Assembly (NCBI GenBank): GCA_963772635.1
Contig: CAVYYK010000040.1
Span: 8,169-32,168 of the forward strand
Source: an uncultured Alphaproteobacteria bacterium
Lineage (GTDB): Bacteria; Pseudomonadota; Alphaproteobacteria; Rhodospirillales; Defluviicoccaceae
DNA: 24,000 nt
Direction of reading: 5' to 3'
Shown piece by piece: positions 8,168-15,791 of this stretch. The notes under the pieces were generated by a model. It was not told where the DNA came from. It did not search any database and was given only the letters and a program-made list of their open reading frames with translations. Within the stretch, counting starts at the first letter, position 1, and every line of letters begins with the position of its first letter. Position numbers and translations under genes: made by a program.

Positions 8168-8317
8168 CACGCTGGGCACGTGAGTGCCCGCGGCGCCCAC
8201 CAAATGGAACCGCCGGTGGCGGTGGGCCACTTCGTCCACGTCTAAGTCGACTGCGGCACCCGCACCCCGGTCCCGATCCCCACGATCATCCGCGCCGTCT
8301 ACGAACGGTTCGCTTGA
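8168..8317 (+). pseudogene. Remnant of a thioesterase 3' end (copy B of the repeat) with an in-frame TAA
   Basis: It translates to ..EPPVAVGHFVHV*VDCGTRTPVPIPTIIRAVYERFA*. The intact gene reads [35 protein letters not shown]. The stop is at 8243-8245. There is no upstream coding part. Confidence 0.7.
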
Positions 8318-8379
8318 TCTTGGTCCTGTCCTCATTCAAATGCAGAGAGCGCCATGAGTTCGCCGGCGAGCCATAGGAG

Positions 8380-8759
8380 GTGTGGGTAAGCGAGAAAACC
8401 CTGTACGAGCGCCTGGGCGACTATGACGTCATCGTGGTGGCGATCGACGAGATCGCGTTCCGCGCCTGATCAACGACGACCAACTGGGCCGTTCCTGGCA
8501 GAACCGGGGCCGCGACGGCATCGCCCGATAGCGTCAGCTTCTCATCGATTGCCTCTACGACGCGGCGGGTGGACCCATGTACTACACCGGTCGCGACATG
8601 AAGCTGTCGCACGACGGAATGGGGATCAGCGAGAGCGACTGGTCCCTGTTCACCGGTCACGTCGCCGCCGCCCTCGATCACCTCGCGGTCGCCGAGCCCG
8701 AGCGCGGCGACGTGCCCGGCTTCATCGAGAGCCTGAAGGGCGATATCGTCGAATGCTGA
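8380..8759 (+). pseudogene. Truncated hemoglobin (2-on-2 globin) pseudogene with a frameshift and an in-frame TAG
   Basis: The N-terminal frame gives SEKTLYERLGDYDVIVVAIDEIAFRA* with the stop at 8467-8469. The reading continues in another frame as RLINDDQLGRSWQNRGRDGIAR*RQLLIDCLYDAAGGPMYYTGRDMKLSHDGMGISESDW..., with a TAG at 8529-8531. The LYERLGG and GGP..Y.G..M...H pattern is typical of truncated globins. Confidence 0.65.
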
Positions 8760-9058
8760 TACGCAGAGCACCCTGGCGACGGGGGCCTTCGATTTGCAGT
8801 GATGAGCCGGAGCACCGCTCGGGAATGGGGTTCGGGTTCGACCGCTTTGGTATCCTCAAGCGGAAGGCAGCGGCACGGAGCCGTGGCTAACGTTCGTCGC
8901 CACGAGCTGCCCTTCGGCCACGTGAATCCTGAAGGTAGCAATCTGGCATTGCGCGGTTGCTCGGGCAGTCGCTTGGAGCTTGCGTGCGGACGATGGTCTC
9001 GAGCAGTGGATTAGCGCCCGCATCGAAGCTTCGACGCCCTCCCCCGACAGGAGCCAAG

Positions 9059-9520
9059 CTACTCGATCACCGCAAAGCGCCTGCCATCGTTGCTCTTGCT
9101 ACCAAACTTGGCACCGCTCCCGCCCTCGAAGCGGATCAGGCGCTTGTGCACGGGCTGGCCCTGCCACTGGTCGTAGACCCAGATGCCGCGGTCATCCTGG
9201 TACAGGTAGATCGCGGCATGATTGCCGGATTCGCTCGTGTAGCTGCCATCCGACTCGAAGGTCGCGATGGCCGTGCCGCGCGCAATGTGCGGGTTCCCGT
9301 GGACCTTGGCGCCCTCTTGCCATGCGGCGGTTCGCGGCACGCCCGCCGCCGCCTTCACGAAGTCGACGCAGTGGCCCGGGCCGACGACGCGGGCCTCGAA
9401 GGCCTCGGGGCGGGCGGCGAGGTAGGGGCCAGCCGCTCGCGGTGCCGAGGCCGGCGGGTGGGAGGCGCAAGCGGTGGTCAGAGCGAGGACCGCGATGCTA
9501 CCGAGGCGCGACAGCGCCAT
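9059..9520 (-). CDS. Secreted protein or possible lipoprotein, BPSL0067-like, with a Cys/His pair
   Basis: I place the start at ATG 9520, giving the signal peptide MALSRLGSIAVLALTTAC. The track ORF extends further upstream to 9655. Motifs are GPGHCVDFVKAAAG, GTAIATFESDGSY and GNHAAIYLYQDDRGIWVYDQWQGQPV. The family name comes from memory only. Confidence 0.55.
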   Translation of the reverse strand: MALSRLGSIAVLALTTACASHPPASAPRAAGPYLAARPEAFEARVVGPGHCVDFVKAAAGVPRTAAWQEGAKVHGNPHIARGTAIATFESDGSYTSESGNHAAIYLYQDDRGIWVYDQWQGQPVHKRLIRFEGGSGAKFGSKSNDGRRFAVIE

Positions 9521-9620
9521 CCCCCGTCGAGTCTTACAAGCCGAAACAGCGGCTGCCGGTTCCATCGAGCTGGTCCTCCCTTCACCCCGATAAACACCGG
9601 AGCACGCCGGTAAGTTCCGG

Positions 9621-9857
9621 ATGACGGCGGCAAGTGCGCCGAAGCGTCGGATCACCGTCGTCGACGTTCTCGACGGCGCGCCGTTTCCGCAGGCGTTCTC
9701 CGCGCTGTGGAGCGCCTGCTATGACGGCGGCCAACACTAGATCCTCACCGTCGGCAGCGGAGGGATCACCAACGCCTGGTACCAGCTCGGCGATGGCGCC
9801 GGCGTGCCGCTCTCGCTCGTCGTCCCCGACGGGAGGTGTAAACGGAGTCTATCATAG
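9621..9857 (+). pseudogene. Short coding-like frame interrupted by an in-frame TAG (9738-9740), of unknown family
   Basis: It reads MTAASAPKRRITVVDVLDGAPFPQAFSALWSACYDGGQH*ILTVGSGGITNAWYQLGDGAGVPLSLVVPDG... GC3 is very high on both sides of the stop, which argues for a formerly continuous gene. Confidence 0.3.
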
Positions 9858-10150
9858 TTTTTAGACGAAGCGATGGGATCGGGCAATACGATACCCCATT
9901 GAGGTTGCCTCCTTGATCAGAAGACTGCAATGGGTCACGCGCTTCCGTCCCGGCTGCCTCCGCACAGCTTCCGCAATCCTATCCGCGAGCAGACATAGCA
10001 CACCTGAACCGGAGTCGCTCCTACCAGTGCGCCAAGGTAAATCTTCGGCACGCTTGTCAGCCGGCGTAATACGCGTTTTTTTGGCGCTTCCCACTGGTGG
10101 CGCGGCTTTGCCTCGCAGGATCTGATTTTCGCGCGACTTGAGGCGGACTC

Positions 10151-11438
10151 TCAGCCCCTTGGTCCGAACGGGACCACGTAGGGGCCTTCGGGGATGACGG
10201 CGACGGCGGGGTCGTTGGCGCGGGCGACGGCTTCGGCGATCGCCGTATCGACCGAGTCGACCGTATCGACGCCGGTCAGCGCCCGGTCGTCGTCGGAGAG
10301 ACCTTCGGTGAACAGCTTGATCGATCCCAAGGCGCATCGGTTTGAGCTGCATCTCCGTCTGCCATTCGTCGACGTCGGCGAACCGCTTGCCGAGCAGCGT
10401 CGCCAGGAACGCGTCGGGGCCGAGTTCGACCAGCTTGCGCTGGGCCTCCCGGTAGGCCTTTGAGCCGAGGCCTTCCGAGCATCCGGAGGCGATGATCAGG
10501 GTGGCGCCCGGCTCCATGATGTCCATCGGCGTCACCATGCCCTTGACCGTCTGGTAGTAGGTGGCGTCGAGCGGGTAGCCGGCGGCCGACGTCACCACCG
10601 TCTTGAACCGGCGATCTAGCGAAACCTCGGTGGAGGCGCGGACGAAATCGACGGCGGCCTCGTGGCTGTCGACGATATCGCCGAAGCCGACGTGGGCGAG
10701 GTTGCGCTCCTCGTCGATGACGGTGTTCAAAGCGTAGACCTCGCCGAGCATGCGAAGGATCTCCAACTGCTCCTCGTGCAGCGGATTGCCGTCGAGGTTG
10801 CATTGGATGGCGGCCGGGTCCTCCATGAACCGGGCACTGTGGAAGGTGCGGATGGTGTCGGCATGAGCGACGCCCGGCGCCACCACCTTGCGGCCGCCGG
10901 AGTATCCGGCCATGAAATGGGGTTCGACCAGCCCCGTGGCGATCCTGAGGTCGGCGTCGACGAACCGCCGATCGAGCTTTACCGGCGTCTGCCGGGTGGA
11001 CGTGACCCCGAGATCGACGTGGTCGTCGTCGTTGCGGGCGAAGTGGTTGACCACCCGCACCGTCTCCAGCACCCAGGGGTCGCCGACCAGCTCGGCCAGT
11101 TCGTCGCCCTCGTTCGGCCGGTGCAGGCCGGTGGCGACGAGAACGGTGATCGCGTTGGCCGGAATGCCGGCGTCGATCAGATCGCCGATCATCGGTCGCA
11201 GGAACAGATGGTTGGGAACCGGTCGGGTGATGTCGCAGATCAGGATGCAGGCGCTGGCACGGCCGCGGGCCAGTTCACGGAGGGGGCGACAGCGGATCGG
11301 GCTGTCCAACGCCGCGCGCACGGCTCCCGCCGGATCGTCGATCACCGGCAGCGGGCGTTTGGTGATCACCGTCGGCTCGGCCCCGGGGGGCAGGGTGATC
11401 GGCAGCGTCGATTTTCCGTAGGCGAGCTCGATGGGCAT
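10151..11438 (-). pseudogene. larA: Nickel-dependent lactate racemase family protein (LarA/DUF2088), frameshifted by one extra base near 10331-10332
   Basis: The ATG at 11438 is preceded by GAGGAG. Motifs include ATGLHRPN and EPHFMAGYSGGRKVVAPG. After ...DEWQTEMQLKPMR the reading continues in another frame as LGSIKLFTEGLSDDDRALTGVDTVDSVDTAIAEAVARANDPAVAVIPEGPYVVPFGPRG*. The span is 1288 nt, which is 3n+1. Confidence 0.8.
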
Positions 11439-11640
11439 CGCGACGTCTCCTCGCTCGGTCAGTACCCGCAACTGTACAACAACGGGACCGATCTCCGGCA
11501 AATTTCATGCCGTCGAGAAGGTCGGGGCTAATGCCCGGGCCAAGTCGGCCAGGCGTTGACGCGGCGAAGGCTGCAGCCGGGGAAGCCCTTTCGGAGGGCG
11601 AACAACAGCGAAACGGCCTCGAGCAGACCGATCCAGGCGT

Positions 11641-11865
11641 TCAGTTGTCGAGCCCGAAGCCCTTGAACCGGTTCCTGAATTTCGCCAGCTGACCGCCGCT
11701 GTCGACCAGGCGATGCACCCCGGTCCATGCCGGATGGGTCTTGGTGTCGATCCCCAACTTGAGGACATCGCCCGGCTGACCCCAGGTCGAGCGGGTCTGG
11801 AAGGTGGTGCCGTCGGTCATCTGGACGGTGATTTCGTGGTATTCGGGGTGTATGTCTTTTTTCAT
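11641..11865 (-). CDS. rpmE: 50S ribosomal protein L31
   Basis: The product reads [29 protein letters not shown]...HPAWTG and is 74 aa. The track ORF continuing upstream to 13575 is an artefact. Confidence 0.9.
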   Translation of the reverse strand: MKKDIHPEYHEITVQMTDGTTFQTRSTWGQPGDVLKLGIDTKTHPAWTGVHRLVDSGGQLAKFRNRFKGFGLDN

Positions 11866-11974
11866 CGCTGTGTTCCCAGTTTCGCGGCCTATATAGCGGG
11901 GCGCGGTCGGCGTTTCAATGATCGTGGAAAAGCAGAATGACACCATTTTTTTTGGGGAAGGGAAAAACGGCACC

Positions 11975-12304
11975 ATGACCATCGACGAGAGCACCTTCCA
12001 GACCCTGGCCGACGAGACCCTGGCACGGATGATGGACACCCTCGAGGAGGCCGTGGGCGACCAGCTGGATGTCGATCTCCAGGATGGCATCCTGACCATC
12101 GAGCTCGACTCGGGCGGCCAGTACGTGATCAACAAGCACGCCCCCAACCGGCAGATCTGGATGTCGTCGCCGGTGAGCGGAGCGTCGCACTTCGATAGCG
12201 ACGGCCATGGCGGATGGGTGGGGACCCGCGGCGCCGGCACCCTTGCGGCGATGCTGTCCGCCGAACTTGCCGCCGCGACCGGCGAGACGGTGGATCTCGG
12301 CTGA
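11975..12304 (+). CDS. cyaY: Iron donor protein CyaY (frataxin homologue)
   Basis: I place the start at ATG 11975 after GGGGAAGGGA. The product contains [57 protein letters not shown], which is the frataxin/CyaY pattern. Confidence 0.85.
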   Translation: MTIDESTFQTLADETLARMMDTLEEAVGDQLDVDLQDGILTIELDSGGQYVINKHAPNRQIWMSSPVSGASHFDSDGHGGWVGTRGAGTLAAMLSAELAAATGETVDLG

Positions 12305-12314
12305 TCCGGAGACC

Positions 12315-13535
12315 TCAACGACGGCTGCGGCGGCTGAGGCGAATCGTCCGCAGGCTCAACACCATCACCGCGGCCATCACCACGGCGCCGCCGAGGAACG
12401 GCGAGTCCTTGCCCAGGTAATAGAACATCGCCCCCGCCCAGCCGGGACCGAGCACCCGGGCCAGCGTCGTCGTCGAGCGGGTGATGCCCATGGTGCCTCC
12501 CTGCACGTCGGCGTCCACCTGCAGCGAGATCAGGCTGTTCAGCGATGGTGACACCAGGCTGAACCCGAAGGCGACGAACACCATCGCCGCCATCAGCCAC
12601 GGCAGCGAGGAGGAGAACGGGATCATCAACATGCCCAACGCCAGCGCCGCCGTCCCGAGGACGATCAGCTTGCCCTCGCCGAACCGCTTGGCCAGGCGGC
12701 CGACAAGCCCTCCCTGGATGCCGGCGCTCATCACCCCGACGAAGGCGAACAGGTAGCCATTCTGCTCGGGACCCCAGCCGAACTGACGCCGCGACCACAT
12801 GGCGAAGGTGGTCTCCATTCCGGCGAAGACGAAGACGGCGAGGAACGACACCACGAGCAGCAGGAGCACCGAAGGTTGAAACAAGGCCTGTCGCAGCGCC
12901 TGCCGCCGGACCCGGTGCGTCAGCGCCGCCTGGCGGGCGCGCGCCTCCTTGGACAGCGACTCCGGCAGGATGGCGATGGTGAGCACCAGTGCCACCGCCG
13001 ACAGCGCCGCCGCGGTCAGCGCCGGGGTGCGGTAGTCGGCGTTGAGCGGATCGCTGCCGGCGAGCACTCCGCCGATCACCGGCCCGAAAATGAAGCCGAG
13101 GCCGAAGGCGGCGCCGATCAGCCCCATGCCCTTGGCCCGGTTGTGCGGCCCGGTGATGTCGGCGACATAGGCGAACGCGGCGGAGATGTTGCCGGCCATC
13201 GCGCCGCCGAACGCCCGGGCGGCGAACAGCATCCACAGTCCGTCGGCGTAGGCCAGCCACAGATATGACAGAACCGCCCCGGTGATGCCGACGATCAGCA
13301 CCGGTCGCCGTCCGATGCGGTCGCTGATCCGCCCCCACAACGGCGCGGTGAAGAACTGGGCGCACGAGTAGGCGGCCATCAGCAACCCGACCCCGGCCGG
13401 TGTCGCGTGGAGGTGCTCGCCGTAGAACGGCAACAGCGGAATGATCAACCCGAAACCGATCAGATCGACGAAGACAATGAGAAACAGGGTCGGCATCTGC
13501 GGGCGAGACTTCCCATGTGCGGCAGCGCGGAGCAA
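12315..13535 (-). CDS. MFS transporter (TCR/Tet-like family)
   Basis: Motifs are [16 protein letters not shown], the MFS loop [13 protein letters not shown], and about 12 hydrophobic segments. 13535 is a TTG start. The ATG at 13496 (MPTLFLIVF...) is an equally plausible start. Confidence 0.85.
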   Translation of the reverse strand: MLRAAAHGKSRPQMPTLFLIVFVDLIGFGLIIPLLPFYGEHLHATPAGVGLLMAAYSCAQFFTAPLWGRISDRIGRRPVLIVGITGAVLSYLWLAYADGLWMLFAARAFGGAMAGNISAAFAYVADITGPHNRAKGMGLIGAAFGLGFIFGPVIGGVLAGSDPLNADYRTPALTAAALSAVALVLTIAILPESLSKEARARQAALTHRVRRQALRQALFQPSVLLLLVVSFLAVFVFAGMETTFAMWSRRQFGWGPEQNGYLFAFVGVMSAGIQGGLVGRLAKRFGEGKLIVLGTAALALGMLMIPFSSSLPWLMAAMVFVAFGFSLVSPSLNSLISLQVDADVQGGTMGITRSTTTLARVLGPGWAGAMFYYLGKDSPFLGGAVVMAAVMVLSLRTIRLSRRSRR

Positions 13536-13664
13536 GGTGAGAGAGGGCTTTCGCGTATTCCGTCGCGGCGGTCAAGCTTCCGTTGCCGCGACGCGCGGGG
13601 ACCGATCCGATGTATCGGTCTTGGGTGAAGGGGCGAAGAGTCGCCAGCGACCAGGGAGGAGAAC

Positions 13665-14366
13665 ATGTCCGAGACAGGCTGGACCATTGGTTTTCTGTTG
13701 TTTCCGGGGCTCACCCAGCTCGACCTGACCGGCCCCTACGAGGTGTTGGCGCGGTTGCCGGGGAGCGGCGATCGCCTTCATTTGATCTGGAAGGCGCGCG
13801 AGCCGGTGACGTCGGATTCGGGGTTGACGATCCTTCCGACCACCACCTTCGCAGACCGGCCGCGGCTCGACATCGTTTGCGTTCCCGGCGGTCCCGGGGT
13901 CGGGGTGTTGATGGAGGATGCCGAGACCCTGGATTTCCTGCGGGCCGCCGCCGTTGAGGCGCGCTACGTCACCTCGGTCTGTACCGGCTCGTTGGTGCTC
14001 GGCGCCGCCGGCCTGCTTCGGGGTCGCCGCGCCGCCTGCCATTGGATGTCGCGCGATCTTCTGGCGGCGTTCGGCGCCGAGCCGGTCGCCGAGCGGGTGG
14101 TCGTGGATGGTAACGTGGTCACCGGCGGCGGTGTCACCGCCGGAATTGATTTCGCGCTGACCCTGGTCGCCGAGATCGCCGGCGCCGAAACCGCGCGGAA
14201 AATCCAACTACTGCTGGAATACGACCCCGCTCCGCCGTTCGATACCGGCTCGGACCGGTCGGCGCCGGCGGACCTGGTCGCGGAGATGCGCACCGCTGCG
14301 GCGGAGCGTCAGGCCAAGCGGGCCGAGATCGTCGCCCGCGCGGCCGCCCGGCTCGATCGGTACTAG
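13665..14366 (+). CDS. DJ-1/PfpI family protein (class I glutamine amidotransferase-like fold)
   Basis: GGGAGGAG lies upstream of the ATG. The nucleophile elbow reads [18 protein letters not shown], and [17 protein letters not shown] follows. Confidence 0.85.
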   Translation: MSETGWTIGFLLFPGLTQLDLTGPYEVLARLPGSGDRLHLIWKAREPVTSDSGLTILPTTTFADRPRLDIVCVPGGPGVGVLMEDAETLDFLRAAAVEARYVTSVCTGSLVLGAAGLLRGRRAACHWMSRDLLAAFGAEPVAERVVVDGNVVTGGGVTAGIDFALTLVAEIAGAETARKIQLLLEYDPAPPFDTGSDRSAPADLVAEMRTAAAERQAKRAEIVARAAARLDRY

Positions 14367-14548
14367 CCGCCGGACTTGGGCCGCTCGACCGGGGTCTGCG
14401 GTGCGGTCGTCGTGGTGTCGATGGTGGTCGACGCCGTTCGTGCGGCGTGGGCGCCCGAGCCGCAATCCGCCCAGACCGAAGCCATCGGCACCAACGAAAA
14501 TGTCGCGACGGCCATCGCCGCAAGTCCGGAAACAAAAATCTTTCTCAT
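14363..14548 (-). CDS. Hypothetical small secreted protein (61 aa)
   Basis: The ATG at 14548 is preceded by GAGGGTGG. The N-terminal signal-like segment MRKIFVSGLAAMAVATFSLVPMASVWA is followed by a Thr/Pro-rich tail. I have no family assignment. Confidence 0.4.
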   Translation of the reverse strand: MRKIFVSGLAAMAVATFSLVPMASVWADCGSGAHAARTASTTIDTTTTAPQTPVERPKSGG

Positions 14549-14719
14549 ATCCACCCTCGCTACCGACAAAGGATCAGGCATCTTCATCTCTACCACGCAG
14601 TCCACAGCTCTCCAAATCACGTTCGCGTCACCGTGAGCGAGAGGAGTCGGGCTTGATAGCGAGAGATATTTGCGAGAAGCTTGCGGCCGAACGTCGACCA
14701 TCGACTCGGGAGGGAAATC

Positions 14720-15598
14720 ATGGGCGACCGTGACGCGACCGTACATCCGGGCGGGAGCATCCCCGTCGACGAGGAATCGGTCGCGGCGTTCGCCGGGCGG
14801 GTGCGCGGTCCGCTATTCCGTTCCGGCGAGGACGGCTACGAGCAGGCGCGCAGCATCTGGAACGGGATGATCGACAACCGTCCGGCGCTGGTCCAGCGAG
14901 CGTCCGGCGCCGCCGACGTCATCCAGTGCGTCAACTTCGCCCGCGACAACGGACTACCGCTGTCGGTGCGCGGCGGCGGCCACAACATCGCCGGCACCGC
15001 GGTCGCCGCCATCGCCGCATGCTACAACGGTCCGATCGCCGACGGCGAAAAGGCGGTGGCGCCGATCAAGGCATTCGGCGCGCCGCTTGCCGACACCATC
15101 CAGCCGAAACCGTTCACCGCCCATCAGAGCTTTCTCGATTCGGGCCAGCCGTTCGGACGGCAGTACTACTGGAAGTCCGACTATTTTCTCGAGATGAGCC
15201 CGAAGGCCGACGATGTCCTGATCGACCACGCGTCGCGGATAACTTCGCCGTTCTCGACAGTGTTGGCGATGCACCTCGGCGGCGCCTCGGGCCGGGTGGG
15301 GGAGACCGATAGCGCCGCCGGCAACCGCGACGCCCAGCATGTGTTCAACGTCCAGGCGGCGTGGGAGGACCCGGACGAGAACGACGTCCACATTGCCTGG
15401 GCGCGCGATTTCTGGCGGGCGATGCAGCCGTTCTCGTCGGGCGGCACCTACGTCAACTTCCTGACCCGCGACGAGGGCGACGACCGGGTGCGCGCCGCCT
15501 ATGGCCCGGCGATCTACGACCGCCTGGTCGAGGTCAAGACGAAATACGATCCCGGCAACCTGTTCCGCTCAAACCAGAACATCCGGCCAAAGGGGTGA
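14720..15598 (+). pseudogene. FAD-linked oxidase (PCMH/BBE type) with a large in-frame internal deletion, probably non-functional
   Basis: The ATG at 14720 follows GGGAGGGA. The N-terminal part ends SVRGGGHNIAGTAV and is joined directly to AAIAACYNGPIADGEKAVAPIKAFG. Family members as I remember them (about 460 aa) have roughly 170-190 residues between these two motifs, including the rest of the FAD-binding domain. The C-terminal BBE-like part (YVNFLT..YDPGNLFRSNQNI) is intact. Confidence 0.7.
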
Positions 15599-15791
15599 TC
15601 CGGACCCGGATCTCCATCTCGATTACCGCTTGTAGCGGTGCGAAAAAAAACGGCCGTTCCGGGTGACACCTCGTCTTCCTCCGCTGCATAGTCTACGGCG
15701 TCCGATGATTATTGGGTTCATCGACCATTCTTTCCTGCTCCATTGCCGTCCGATCGGATATGCATAGCTCCAAACGGAATGATGATTGCCG

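Noticed and set aside
8827-8850. GGTTCGGGTTCGACC looked like a tRNA T-arm, which would have suggested a tRNA-fragment att site.
   Set aside because: The flanking bases do not form a T-stem or an acceptor stem. No cloverleaf can be drawn.
11641-11865. L31 lacks the CxxC zinc motif, which raised the possibility of a zinc-independent paralogue and a Zur regulon.
   Set aside because: I saw no Zur-box-like palindrome and no second L31 copy in the window. A Cys-less L31 alone is not evidence of anything unusual.
11866-13575. The track ORF 11641-13575(-) suggests a 644-aa protein ending in L31.
   Set aside because: Only the last 74 codons are rpmE. The upstream part runs antisense or out of frame through cyaY and the MFS gene and has junk composition.
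15624-15660. A hairpin, ACCGCT-TGT-AGCGGT, next to an A8 run after the FAD-oxidase gene looked like a possible terminator.
   Set aside because: On the + strand the hairpin is followed by A residues, not T. On the - strand the T-run precedes the hairpin, and no minus-strand gene ends here.
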